DNA of 56,725 nucleotides from Ignavibacteria bacterium (GCA_003251275.1 QKGJ01000404.1:1-56725); one strand, 5' to 3'; counted from the stretch's first letter, positions 1 to 9,540 are shown. Translations and numbers: made by a program. The notes: a model not told the origin generated them from the letters alone.

Positions 1-918
1 GATCGTTCGGTCGATCAGCGAGGTGTAGAGTGTCCGCAATACCTGGGGCGGACGATATGGGGGAAGTTCGAGGCTAAATGTTGAAGCTTCTCCGCGTAAC
101 ACGGTCCGCGATAGAAACCACGAAGTGAGAAATGTCAATGCAATGCCAAGCAATGCAATGGCCACTACCGCGGAAGCGGAGACAATGCCACCCAGTGCGG
201 CTGGAGCGAGGGCGCCGATAAAGAGACTGGCAATGAGAATCTGCGTTGGCCAACGACCATTGCACAAAGCAAAATTGTTGGTGATAATTGCAATGAGGCG
301 TTCGCGCGGACTGTCAATGATACGTGTTGCAATGACTCCCGCCGCATTGCATCCATAGCCCATCGACATCGAGAGCGCTTGCTTGCCATGCGCGCCTGCC
401 TTGCGAAACATATTGTCCAGGTTGAACGCAACTCTCGGGAGATATCCAAAATCTTCCAGGAGTGTAAAGAGGGGAAAGAATATTGCCATGGGCGGAAGCA
501 TAACACTAATTACCCACGCCGCGGCAAGATACACTCCGTCAATCAATACTCCCGACAACCACCAAGGAAGTCCCACCTGCAGGCTCAAGCCTTTGAGGGC
601 CGGGTGAACCGTATCGAGCAACAAGGAGGCAATCATTGCGGACGGCACGTTAGCACCGGCGATCGTCAACCAAAAGACAATACCAAGCAGAAGCACCATG
701 ACAGGAAATCCGGTTACTCTGCTTGTAAGGATTCGATCCAATGTCCGATCCCAGTTGAAGCGTGGTTTCTCACCGGTTCTCGTCACGACCGAGTCGGCAA
801 TGCGTGCAGAGTCTTCGTAAATGGACTCCATCAGCGTATCGTGAAAATCCTCTCCAAGATCCCAGCGGAGAGTATTTGCTCTTGCGATGATGCCAATTTC
901 CTGGGTCGTTGAGCTCAT
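1..918 (-). CDS. feoB: Ferrous iron/manganese transporter FeoB, membrane (Gate/FeoB_C) half; runs off window start
   Basis: Not in the ORF track because it has no stop inside the window. Manual translation from ATG at 918: MSSTTQEIG...[26 protein letters not shown]...[15 protein letters not shown]...[16 protein letters not shown]...[11 protein letters not shown], which are the hallmark FeoB membrane motifs. GGAGG SD upstream; ATGA overlap with the upstream GTPase ORF. Confidence 0.92.
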   Translation of the reverse strand, partial: MSSTTQEIGIIARANTLRWDLGEDFHDTLMESIYEDSARIADSVVTRTGEKPRFNWDRTLDRILTSRVTGFPVMVLLLGIVFWLTIAGANVPSAMIASLLLDTVHPALKGLSLQVGLPWWLSGVLIDGVYLAAAWVISVMLPPMAIFFPLFTLLEDFGYLPRVAFNLDNMFRKAGAHGKQALSMSMGYGCNAAGVIATRIIDSPRERLIAIITNNFALCNGRWPTQILIASLFIGALAPAALGGIVSASAVVAIALLGIALTFLTSWFLSRTVLRGEASTFSLELPPYRPPQVLRTLYTSLIDRTI

Positions 919-1736
919 ACTGCCTCCACTTTCTCGGCAAACGATGGAAGTTCGGTGTTCGTAATCAGATCGTCAAGCTCGCCATCCCGCACCGCATCTA
1001 TAATGCGCTGGTCACCTTCGAGAAGGCGGAGGGCCACCCATCGCGGATTTGCAATCGCTGGAAAGCGGGCCGTAATATCGTCCGCAAGTTTCGTGATCGC
1101 GTGCTCAAGTCGTGCAGATTTGTTCTTAAGCCGGTGCGGTTTGCACACAACGTTCCCCGTCGCAACATCATGTAGCGTCTGGAGAAGGTTCGGGATCCCG
1201 GTTCCCTCGCGGGCGGCAGTTGGCACCACGGGGACGCCAAGCTGTTTCGCGAGCAACCGGTCATCGACAGCAATTCCGTGCCGTTTTGCTTCGTCAATGA
1301 GGTTCAAACAAACCACGGCGCGATCGGTTATTTCGAGCACCTGCAGGACCAGATTCAGGTTGCGCTCCAACCGGGTTGCGTCCGCCACAATCACAGTAAC
1401 ATCCGGCTGCCCGAAGAGAATAAAATTGCGCGCCACTTCTTCATCCGTGCTGGTGGAAAGAAGCGAGTAGGTTCCGGGAAGATCGACAACTTTGAATTTC
1501 TTCTCCCCAAAAGAGAAGGCTCCTTCGGCACGCGTAACGGTTTTGCCGGGCCAGTTTCCAGTATGCTGATGCAGGCCCGTAATGGCATTGAAGACCGTGC
1601 TCTTCCCCGTGTTCGGATTGCCGGCCAGTGTAACAACAAAATCCGCATCACGCATATCGACGCCGAGTTTTCTTAGATTGGCGACGTTGTGTGCTGGACA
1701 TGCCGCACACACTTCCGGAGTTATTATTTGACTCAT
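915..1736 (-). CDS. FeoB N-terminal GTPase domain as a stand-alone protein
   Basis: G1 GNPNTGKS, G2 NWPGKTV, G3 DLPGTYSL, G4 NLID; no TM segments; N-terminal CAACPAH. Confidence 0.93.
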   Translation of the reverse strand: MSQIITPEVCAACPAHNVANLRKLGVDMRDADFVVTLAGNPNTGKSTVFNAITGLHQHTGNWPGKTVTRAEGAFSFGEKKFKVVDLPGTYSLLSTSTDEEVARNFILFGQPDVTVIVADATRLERNLNLVLQVLEITDRAVVCLNLIDEAKRHGIAVDDRLLAKQLGVPVVPTAAREGTGIPNLLQTLHDVATGNVVCKPHRLKNKSARLEHAITKLADDITARFPAIANPRWVALRLLEGDQRIIDAVRDGELDDLITNTELPSFAEKVEAV

Positions 1737-2761
1737 GCTGACTCCTCCACACGATAAATCTGTATTTGTTCTGCTTGCTTATTCCGAAGTGCGATCGTTG
1801 TCCCTCTGATCGTGTATGCAGTTGGGTCGCCCCCCGCACTTCTCATTTCTGCAGTGATTATGGTTCCGGGGATTATACCCAGATCCATCAGACGTCGACG
1901 CTGCATGCCGCGGATTCCCCGCATTATTGACGTCACCTTCCCTCGTTGACCAGGTTGAAGCGACGCAAGGGTGTCTGAACTTGTGTCTGACTCCATTGGT
2001 GATGCGAGAGGAAGAACGGAGATATTAGCGGCAATAATCGGCGCCAGAATGATTTCCCTTCCTTCCGCTTCACACAAAAGCCGCTCCTGCGATACGCTGA
2101 TCAATCGAAGTTGCATTCCAGGATGAAGTCCTTCTGCGACCAACTGCGCGTACACCGCTTCAGGCTCATCTTCTACGTGCACAATTCCCACAGTTGTTCC
2201 CGGCTTCATATCCGTAAGAGGTTGGCCAACCCGATTTGGCAAATCACCCTCCTCGGTAGGAATCGGATCGCCATGAGGATCAAATCTCGGATTGCCCATT
2301 TGCTCTGCGAGCATGTTTGCCTGGGCCTGACTCATCCGGTGTTCCTGTTTCTCAGCCTCGGCATGCCAATCCGTTTCATTCACGCCGGTTTTGTCCGCGA
2401 GATACCGTTCCCACAGACGATGAACACGTATGACGCGGAGCGCATAGGAACGCCCCTCTTCAGTGAGGACAAGTCCCTCCCCTGAAGTCTGCACTAACCC
2501 CATTGCTTCGAGACGTTGCACAAGAAGCATTGCCCGTTCCGCTGGTAGTTCGATCGCTCCAGAGATGCTTTCCAGGGTGCAGGTGATGTTCTTGTATTCG
2601 CAGTTATAGAGATGCTTCAGAGCATCTTCAATTTGTACTTGTTGAGTGTTTCGTCTCGCGCGCAGCCATTTCGCGCGTATGCCGTGCTTCGGCCATGCAA
2701 CTGCTGAGACAAAGCCAACCACAACGACTGCAACAATCAATGCGACGCCCGGGTCAACCAT
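1733..2761 (-). CDS. DtxR/MntR-family regulator with N-terminal TM helix and two C-terminal FeoA domains
   Basis: Hydrophobic [19 protein letters not shown], then [33 protein letters not shown], then two FeoA-like modules (..[10 protein letters not shown].., ..[28 protein letters not shown]). Confidence 0.88.
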   Translation of the reverse strand: MVDPGVALIVAVVVVGFVSAVAWPKHGIRAKWLRARRNTQQVQIEDALKHLYNCEYKNITCTLESISGAIELPAERAMLLVQRLEAMGLVQTSGEGLVLTEEGRSYALRVIRVHRLWERYLADKTGVNETDWHAEAEKQEHRMSQAQANMLAEQMGNPRFDPHGDPIPTEEGDLPNRVGQPLTDMKPGTTVGIVHVEDEPEAVYAQLVAEGLHPGMQLRLISVSQERLLCEAEGREIILAPIIAANISVLPLASPMESDTSSDTLASLQPGQRGKVTSIMRGIRGMQRRRLMDLGIIPGTIITAEMRSAGGDPTAYTIRGTTIALRNKQAEQIQIYRVEESA

Positions 2762-2776
2762 TAGCCGTCCTCTTGT

Positions 2777-3499
2777 TCATGATGATTTTCCACGAGATAT
2801 TGTCCTGACTCGCTTGAAGCTCTTCGATCTTCGTCTTTTTTCATCAGCGACCGGTTCCACAAAAATGTGCTGCGCTAGCTTCCCGCTGATAAAATGTTCC
2901 CTCCCTTCCACCTGCACACGTAACGACCCGTCGAATTCCAGTTTTTCCCTGATGTGAATTTTCTTGCGAAGGGTAATTCCCAGCTTCGATGCATACTTCA
3001 GTACATCAGGAGAAGAATCGCTCACGCGGCTGACAACGCATTGTTCGCCGACTTTCAAGCTGGCGAGGGATGCTTGACCGAATTGAACGACCTTTCCTTC
3101 TCGGGTTGGAATGACGTCCCCATGCGGATCCTTTGTCGGGTAGCCAAGGGCGGCGTCAAGACGTTCTTCCAGTTTATCGGAAGTAATATGTTCCAGCCGT
3201 TCCGCTTCCTCATGAATCTCATCCCATTCGTACTTCAGAACTTCCACCAGAAATACTTCCCACAATCGATGACGACGTACGATCCTGATCGCCCTTGTTT
3301 TTCCTTCTTCGGTCAAGGCGACACCCTTGTACGGCGTGTGATGAACGCTCCCCTCGTCGGCCAACTTCTTGATCATTTCGGAGACAGATGCCGCAGAGAC
3401 CCGCAGCCGCTCCGACAGGGAAGATGTCGTCACCCGGCCTTCCTTGCTTTGAAGAGTATAGATGCTCTTAAGGTAGTCCTCGACGTTTTCACTCGCCAT
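2777..3499 (-). CDS. DtxR/MntR-family metal-dependent repressor (HTH + dimerisation + FeoA)
   Basis: VEDYLKSIY, VSAASVSEMIKKL, HRLWEVFL, IHEEAERLEH, DPHGDVIP. Confidence 0.93.
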   Translation of the reverse strand: MASENVEDYLKSIYTLQSKEGRVTTSSLSERLRVSAASVSEMIKKLADEGSVHHTPYKGVALTEEGKTRAIRIVRRHRLWEVFLVEVLKYEWDEIHEEAERLEHITSDKLEERLDAALGYPTKDPHGDVIPTREGKVVQFGQASLASLKVGEQCVVSRVSDSSPDVLKYASKLGITLRKKIHIREKLEFDGSLRVQVEGREHFISGKLAQHIFVEPVADEKRRRSKSFKRVRTISRGKSS

Positions 3500-3515
3500 G
3501 AATATAGTCCTAGTA

Positions 3516-3556
3516 AATAAGGTATGCCCAAATGATTGATTTAGGCTAGCCTAAAT
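3516..3556. promoter_or_regulatory. Tandem DtxR/MntR-type operator
   Basis: Perfect 18-bp palindrome ATTTAGGCTAGCCTAAAT at 3539-3556 and a degenerate copy AATAAGGTATGCCCAAAT at 3516-3533 (12/18 identical). Both lie directly upstream of the regulator, and the perfect copy overlaps the -10. Confidence 0.85.
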
Positions 3557-3582
3557 ATAAGAGTGCAATTCTTCAATGTCAA
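3554..3582 (-). promoter_or_regulatory. Sigma70-type promoter of the mntR-feo operon
   Basis: Minus strand TTGACA-N17-TATATT. Confidence 0.75.
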
Positions 3583-3586
3583 GGGA

Positions 3587-4651
3587 CTAGAGGAAAAGGT
3601 GAAATGACCTTGTTTCCCGGGACTGGTTTCCGCCACGTTCCCCCCGCTCCGCCATCCGAAGCAGGCGAAGGATTTCGGGACCGAGGACATCTGCCTGGGT
3701 AGATTGAAATTGCTCTCCTCCAAATTTCCTGATTGTTTCTGTCTGTGCCTCGAGCATCGCAGCATCCTGGCGGAAAATCCGCATGATAATCGGTTTGAGA
3801 AGGAAGGAAAGCAGGCGGTCGGGGAGCGGCGTCCGAAAACTCATCACTGCAAAAATTCGTGTGCGGAAGTCCTCCACCGGTGTCAATGCGGCAGTAATAC
3901 AAAGGTGGCTTGATTCCCCCAGGCGGTATTCCACCTGCACAATTGACGGAAGGATAAACCGGTCGAAATGCGAGACCATGCCTCCTCCCGGCGCTAGAAT
4001 TTTTCCGGCAACACCCCGGGGACGTTGCTCACCGATGTACTCAGCCTCCACCCGATCCTGCAATCGGTTCACCTTCACTTCAATCTCATTCTTCTCCCCA
4101 TCCGATTGACGGAAGAGGCCGCCATGGAGATAGGCAGTGTGTGGCACGTCGAGAGCATTCTCCGCCGTCGCGTGAATCGATCCGCGAACATCAAGTGTCT
4201 CTTGTATCGTGGTATATTTCTGTTCATGAAGGAAGGGAAATCGAAACACCTCCCGGGGCGGCTCTCTGTCAGGGGTTGCATACACCCAGATGAATCCATT
4301 CTCTTCATGAACCTGGAATGACTCGACACGTCGATCTTTCTCCTTGAACTCGTTGGAGGGACCTGGAATAGAAATGCATTTCCCTGTCGTATCAAATCGC
4401 CAGCCGTGATATGAACACTCAAGAACATTCTGTTTCACAGCGCCAAGGCTGAGAGGTGCATTACGATGGGGGCAGCGGTCCAGCAACGCTCCGGCAACTC
4501 CCGTACCATCGCGAAACAGAACAAGGGGAATTCCGTAGACGGTCGTACGAAGTGGAGACTTCCCCAACTCGGAAGACGTCGCAACGATATACCAGTCATC
4601 CACGACCCGGGCTACGGACGTTCGACCCTTCGAAAAAAGATGTTCTTCCAT
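3587..4651 (-). CDS. Rieske non-heme iron oxygenase alpha subunit (VanA/KshA-like)
   Basis: Rieske motifs DRCPHR and ECSYHGW; mononuclear Fe motif ENALDVPHTAYLH and QD. Start at 4651 (ATG) preferred; ORF open to 4729. Confidence 0.88.
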   Translation of the reverse strand: MEEHLFSKGRTSVARVVDDWYIVATSSELGKSPLRTTVYGIPLVLFRDGTGVAGALLDRCPHRNAPLSLGAVKQNVLECSYHGWRFDTTGKCISIPGPSNEFKEKDRRVESFQVHEENGFIWVYATPDREPPREVFRFPFLHEQKYTTIQETLDVRGSIHATAENALDVPHTAYLHGGLFRQSDGEKNEIEVKVNRLQDRVEAEYIGEQRPRGVAGKILAPGGGMVSHFDRFILPSIVQVEYRLGESSHLCITAALTPVEDFRTRIFAVMSFRTPLPDRLLSFLLKPIIMRIFRQDAAMLEAQTETIRKFGGEQFQSTQADVLGPEILRLLRMAERGERGGNQSRETRSFHLFL

Positions 4652-4853
4652 GACTTTTCCAGAAAAGCAGCCAGCAATAGAGTGCGAGAGAGTGATGGAT
4701 AAATGGTACGCATACGATTCACTTGACACAAGTCCATTGTTTCATCAGAAAAACGAATCGATTTCTGTGTAAAAATCATGAGATTCACTTTGTCACACTT
4801 TCTCGTTATCATGAAGACACCTTCACAGGTTCAACTTTGAAAGGGATACAACA

Positions 4854-5420
4854 ATGTCGCTTCTTATTTTGCCGTTAATCATTATCGTCGGACTTGGCGT
4901 TTGGGTGGTCATGAAGTACAACGGGCTTGTCACGCTTCGCAATCAAGTGCAGAATGGATGGAAACAAATTGACGTCCAACTGAAACGACGGCACGATCTG
5001 ATTCCAAATCTTGTCAGCACCGTGAAGGGGGCAATGGAGTTCGAACAGGATACGCTGGAAAAGGTCATCAAGGCCCGGAACGCTGCTGTCTCTGCGCAGG
5101 GCGTCGCAGACGTTGCAGCGAAGGAAGGCGAACTGACCGGAGCCCTTTCCCGGCTATTCGCACTTGCCGAGAACTATCCGACACTCAAGTCGAATGAAAA
5201 CGTCAGGCAACTGCAGGAAGAGCTCTCCAGCACGGAGAATAAAATCAGTTTCGCACGACAGTTCTATAATGATATTGCGACGAAATTCAACACGGCTCAG
5301 CAGGTGTTCCCGGGGAATATCATCGCCGGGATGTTCAACTTTGTTCCGACGGAATTGTTTGAGATAAAAGACGAGGTCGAGAGGAACGTACCGAAAGTTG
5401 ATCTTTCGTTGAAAAAGTAG
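4854..5420 (+). CDS. lemA: LemA family protein
   Basis: N-terminal TM; YNGLV..WKQIDVQLKRRHDLIPNLV; ENYPTLKS; TENKISFARQFYN; FPGNIIA. Confidence 0.95.
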   Translation: MSLLILPLIIIVGLGVWVVMKYNGLVTLRNQVQNGWKQIDVQLKRRHDLIPNLVSTVKGAMEFEQDTLEKVIKARNAAVSAQGVADVAAKEGELTGALSRLFALAENYPTLKSNENVRQLQEELSSTENKISFARQFYNDIATKFNTAQQVFPGNIIAGMFNFVPTELFEIKDEVERNVPKVDLSLKK

Positions 5421-5431
5421 GCAATCATATC

Positions 5432-6376
5432 ATGCAGGTTCGTAATCTGTACGAGCAACAGGCCTCGAACAAACGGAATACCATTCTGGTGATGGTGGTG
5501 TTTGTTCTCTTTCTCTCATTCCTCGGGTGTGGCGCTGATACGTTTCTCCTGCAGGCAGGATTCCCGCTCGCCACAATCATCGCTCTCGCTATTGGGTTTG
5601 GAAGCTCCATGTGGAGTCTCAACAACGGCGCGCAGGCAGTTCTACGAGCCTCCGATGCGCAGGCCATTACTCATGGCGATCCTCGTTATCAACAACTCAT
5701 GAATGTCGTCGAAGAAATCTCCATCGCCTCCGGACTGCCGCAACCGAAGGTCTACGTTATCCCTGACCCCGATCCTAATGCTTTTGCAACAGGTAAGGAC
5801 CCGGATAATGCACATCTCGCCGTTACGGAAGGATTACTCGCAAAATTGAACAGAGAAGAACTGCAAGGCGTTGTGGCGCACGAAATGGGTCATATCAAGA
5901 ATTATGACATTCGCATGATGACGGTAGTGGCTGCATTAATCGGGGCAGTGATGCTGTTGTCACAGGTGGGGATGCGATCTTCAATGTACGGTGCGACACG
6001 GAGAAGGAGTTCTGACAGGAGTGGTGGATCGGGAAATGCACTTGTGTTTATCTTGTGGATCATCGCAATGATTCTTGCGCCGATCATTTCACAGATCCTT
6101 GCAATGGCGGTGTCGCGGCAACGCGAGTATCTCGCGGATGCCTCCGGCGCAGAACTCACACGCAACCCGGGTGCTCTCGCTTCTGCTCTGGAGAAAATCG
6201 ATGCCGCTGTTGAGCCGACACGGTCGATCAAGAAAGGTGTAGCACACTTGTGCATTGCCGATCCTCTCGGACGAAGCCTTAATGCACGGGAAGGGACGTT
6301 TTCGGATTTGTTTGCAACGCATCCGCCGATTAGAAAACGGATCGCAATCCTCAGGGGAATGTCTTACCAGCGGTGA
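5432..6376 (+). CDS. htpX: M48 family membrane zinc protease HtpX
   Basis: PNAFATG, HEMGH zinc motif, SRQREYLADA, ATHPP; typical lemA-htpX pairing. Confidence 0.93.
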   Translation: MQVRNLYEQQASNKRNTILVMVVFVLFLSFLGCGADTFLLQAGFPLATIIALAIGFGSSMWSLNNGAQAVLRASDAQAITHGDPRYQQLMNVVEEISIASGLPQPKVYVIPDPDPNAFATGKDPDNAHLAVTEGLLAKLNREELQGVVAHEMGHIKNYDIRMMTVVAALIGAVMLLSQVGMRSSMYGATRRRSSDRSGGSGNALVFILWIIAMILAPIISQILAMAVSRQREYLADASGAELTRNPGALASALEKIDAAVEPTRSIKKGVAHLCIADPLGRSLNAREGTFSDLFATHPPIRKRIAILRGMSYQR

Positions 6377-6394
6377 GGGAATGCCGGGCAGTTC

Positions 6395-7009
6395 TTAGTC
6401 ATCGCACTTGCTGTATCCGCATTCCGTGTCGACACACGCCATACATCCGTTCTCCATCTTCAGTGAGCGGTTACCGCATTTCGGGCAAATCTTCAATACT
6501 TCCTGCTCATCCTCTTCGAGGGGTTGCTTTGACGAGGAGGAATTCCCGGTCGTTGCCACATCGCGGTGAATCACGCCAATGTCTTCGAAGAAGCGTTCTA
6601 TCACCTTCGCCACTTCCGCATAAAATGAGTGAATGTACTTCCCTTCTTTGAAATATCCCCCGTTGGGATCGTAAATGCCGCGAAGTTCTTCGAGGATGAA
6701 GGTAGGTTCAGTCGATTTCCGGAAAATGGCAGAAATTAAACGCGTGAGCACCGTATACTCGGCAGCTCGTGTTAGGTCCTTGCTGTTGATGAAAATTTCA
6801 ATCGGGCGGTTCTTTCCATTTTCGGTCACATACCCCAGTGTAATGAAGACACTGTTGCGGATGAATCCGCTTTTCATTTTGTAGACACGAGCCTGCGTTA
6901 CTTCCGGCCGCGGACCGACGAACTGATCCTTTGCTGTCGCGCTGATAACGAACGGACGTTCCTGTTTTACCTCCTCAATTTCAACAGCCGCGGTTGGCAA
7001 CGTAATCAT
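6395..7009 (-). CDS. NrdJb-like (TSCPD domain + C-terminal Zn-ribbon) partner of class II RNR
   Basis: RPIEIFINSK..TRLISAIFR..EELRGIYDP; C-terminal CPKCG..ENGCMACVDTECGYSKC typical of NrdJ C-termini; starts 20 nt after nrdJa. Confidence 0.8.
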   Translation of the reverse strand: MITLPTAAVEIEEVKQERPFVISATAKDQFVGPRPEVTQARVYKMKSGFIRNSVFITLGYVTENGKNRPIEIFINSKDLTRAAEYTVLTRLISAIFRKSTEPTFILEELRGIYDPNGGYFKEGKYIHSFYAEVAKVIERFFEDIGVIHRDVATTGNSSSSKQPLEEDEQEVLKICPKCGNRSLKMENGCMACVDTECGYSKCDD

Positions 7010-7029
7010 TACTATCTCCTGAAAATTTC

Positions 7030-9540
7030 TTAGTTCTGTCGCACCAGCGCTTCCGGCACGTGCTCAAGATGACTGAGATTCATCTCATTTCGTTTTATCA
7101 TGTGGTAGACGGTTGTTAACCGGCCATTCGGTTGACGAATGATCTCGTCCCCCGTCGTCTCAATCTCTTTGCCGTCGGGCGTCCGGAGAATGTACTTCTT
7201 CCCCTTTGCCTCCTGGAATGCCGTCTTCTTCCCGTCAACACTGAGAATCGGGTACCTGCTGCCGTCGCGATAAACGGTGATACCTTTGAGATTGTTCTTC
7301 CACGCATCAAGATAGATCTGGGAGATCACTTCGGGTTCGACATCGTCCGGAAGATTGACGGTGGAAGAAATGGAGTGATCGACATACCTCTGGCAGATAC
7401 CCTGAACACGAACGCGCATCGCCGGCTCGATCTCATGCGCGGTGCGGAAGAAATGTGAGGGAAGAAGTTCATGGATCGGTTTCTTCTGCGCCTGATCCCA
7501 TAATCCCTTCATGTGAAGATAACCGTGGACCGTACTATGGAACACGCGAAACAGCTGGTTTCCGAATGATTCCGAACGGCGGGTGTAGTACAATGCAAAC
7601 ACGGGCTCTACTCCACCGGAGACGCCAATAAAATTCTTTCCCTCGTGTTTGAATCCAAGAACAATATTCGAGATGCTTCCCGTCGGAGCGATAGAGAGGA
7701 TCGCAATGTTACGAATTCCCTTCTGCTTGATCAGAGCCCGGGTTTCATCACTCAACGCTTCCTTAAAAAAGGGACATTGCGCATACTTATCGTAATCAAA
7801 GATTGGCGAGGGCCCCTTTTCCTCCGCGATATGTGCTGAGGACTGGTACGCTGCATCGGCAATATGCGACATGATCTTTTCCATCAAAGCGAGCGCCTCG
7901 TCACTGTCATACGCATGCCCGAGCTGGTTCAGCATATCGGCAATACCCATTACGCCAAGACCGAGGCGGCGTGTTTCTGCCGCAGCCCGCCGTTGTTTCT
8001 CCAGCGGATTGAGCGTCTCATTCCATTCGACAACATTATCGAGGAAGCGGATCGCTGTCTGCGTAACACTCCAAATCGCGTTCCAATCGACGACGGCTTC
8101 CGGGGTATACCCATTCACAACGAACCTGCTGAGATTGATCGATCCGAGGTTGCATGCTCCCCCATCCTCAAGGGGAACTTCTGCGCACGGGTTGGTGCAG
8201 GCAATCGGTCTGCCGACATAGTTGGAGGGACTGTAACGGCTCATTGTCGACCAGAGGATGAGTCCGGGCTCTGCGGTCCGATAGTTTCCCTCTACGAATG
8301 CGTCCCACACATCCCTGGCTTTTACGAGTTTCCTTATTTCCCCTGTTTGCTCCGATCCGAAGTACAAGAGAAAATCACCCGAATAACGGATAGCAAGATC
8401 GTAATCTTTCGCCTGCTGCTCGATGACATAATCACCATAGACGTCGCGAAGGGTGTCATCCGCAAGATCCGTTGAGCTAAGTTTGGTCAGTCCACGTTCC
8501 CGAAGCCAGGCATTGAGATCATCGATCGATTCAAACTCATCGGCAAGCTCATACGCGCGGACATCCTTGGACGGAATGCCGTACGAGTAATGCCCAGTCT
8601 CCGCCTGGTACGCCTTTCGAAGCGTGGGTCGGTTATACTTCCGGTACACAAGAATCCTGGACGGGCCATGCGTTGTTTGCTCGTCCACCGCCTGCATGAA
8701 CTCGTCAGTGACCTTAATGCTGATATTGGCAAACCGAACCTGGGTGTTTTCCCTGACCTGCCGTTCGACCTCATTAATCTGTTTTTCATCAAACACGCCC
8801 GACCACTTGCACTGGTCAACAATTTGTCGTGTCACCCAGTTGGAATTTTTCTTCACCTGAATGAAGTCCAGGACATCTGGATGTTTCACGTCGATCGTGA
8901 GCATCAGCGCGCCACGGCGTCCGCTCTGCCCGATTAAACCGGTGGTCAGCGAGTACAAATCCATAAATGATACTGCCCCGGTCGACTTGTCCGCAGCGTT
9001 ATGAACGACGGAGTCTTTTGGTCGCAACGAAGAAACGTCAACACCGATCCCCCCTCCATACGAATACGTCCGGGCACAATCGTACGCGGCCGAATAGACC
9101 GATTCAATGTTATCTTCTTCGATCTTTGTCACGAAACAATTGGCGAGTGTCTTCATCCGGTAGAGATCGCCCGCGCCAGCAAGGACGCGGCCACCGGAGA
9201 TAAACTGTCCCTGATAGAGAATATGATAGAACTGTTCCGCCCACTCCTTCCGCTTTGCGTCAGTTCGTTCCACTGTCGCGATGAAAGAACTAAGGCGGAT
9301 GAACACATCCTCCGGCCTTTTTTCTACCACCTTATTGTCCAGGTCCTTCACGAAGTATTTTTTCTGATAGATGTTGGTCGCGAGTTCGTTTCCGCCGAGA
9401 TAATCGGGGTGGCTGGGCAGCGCGCCGGAGGCAACCTGTTCCGACAACATAGTGTAGAGCTGCTCATACGCAAGCGTACGTGCCTCACCTATTCGCTGTG
9501 CAGTTTTTCCCTTCACGGAAAACATGTCTCGTAAGACCAT
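7030..9540 (-). CDS. nrdJ: Adenosylcobalamin-dependent (class II) ribonucleotide reductase, catalytic subunit NrdJa
   Basis: ANCFV, GGGIG, GRRGALM, EPG, TNPCAEVPL, ACNLGSINL, RRLGLGVMG, IAPTGSIS, SISSTVN, KGITVYRDGSR. Lacks the class I YY pair; no nrdB nearby. GGAGG SD before ATG 9540. Confidence 0.9.
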   Translation of the reverse strand: MVLRDMFSVKGKTAQRIGEARTLAYEQLYTMLSEQVASGALPSHPDYLGGNELATNIYQKKYFVKDLDNKVVEKRPEDVFIRLSSFIATVERTDAKRKEWAEQFYHILYQGQFISGGRVLAGAGDLYRMKTLANCFVTKIEEDNIESVYSAAYDCARTYSYGGGIGVDVSSLRPKDSVVHNAADKSTGAVSFMDLYSLTTGLIGQSGRRGALMLTIDVKHPDVLDFIQVKKNSNWVTRQIVDQCKWSGVFDEKQINEVERQVRENTQVRFANISIKVTDEFMQAVDEQTTHGPSRILVYRKYNRPTLRKAYQAETGHYSYGIPSKDVRAYELADEFESIDDLNAWLRERGLTKLSSTDLADDTLRDVYGDYVIEQQAKDYDLAIRYSGDFLLYFGSEQTGEIRKLVKARDVWDAFVEGNYRTAEPGLILWSTMSRYSPSNYVGRPIACTNPCAEVPLEDGGACNLGSINLSRFVVNGYTPEAVVDWNAIWSVTQTAIRFLDNVVEWNETLNPLEKQRRAAAETRRLGLGVMGIADMLNQLGHAYDSDEALALMEKIMSHIADAAYQSSAHIAEEKGPSPIFDYDKYAQCPFFKEALSDETRALIKQKGIRNIAILSIAPTGSISNIVLGFKHEGKNFIGVSGGVEPVFALYYTRRSESFGNQLFRVFHSTVHGYLHMKGLWDQAQKKPIHELLPSHFFRTAHEIEPAMRVRVQGICQRYVDHSISSTVNLPDDVEPEVISQIYLDAWKNNLKGITVYRDGSRYPILSVDGKKTAFQEAKGKKYILRTPDGKEIETTGDEIIRQPNGRLTTVYHMIKRNEMNLSHLEHVPEALVRQN

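Noticed and set aside
915..918. feoB as a frameshifted pseudogene
   Set aside because: The second half has its own GGAGG SD and ATG in an ATGA coupling, and both halves retain intact motifs.
74..1676. Many overlapping ORFs in the track, here and throughout (e.g. 379..912, 16577..17533, 20521..21396, 24299..25048, 31081..31833)
   Set aside because: Antisense or off-frame shadows of well-supported genes; no motifs or SD sites.
4716..4800. Imperfect direct repeat GATTCACTT(T)G(A/T)CACA in the Rieske/lemA divergent region
   Set aside because: Only two loose copies about 66 bp apart; cannot be distinguished from chance or assigned to a regulator.
8330..8685. Intein in nrdJ
   Set aside because: No Cys/Ser N-terminal block, no His-Asn end, and no LAGLIDADG motif.
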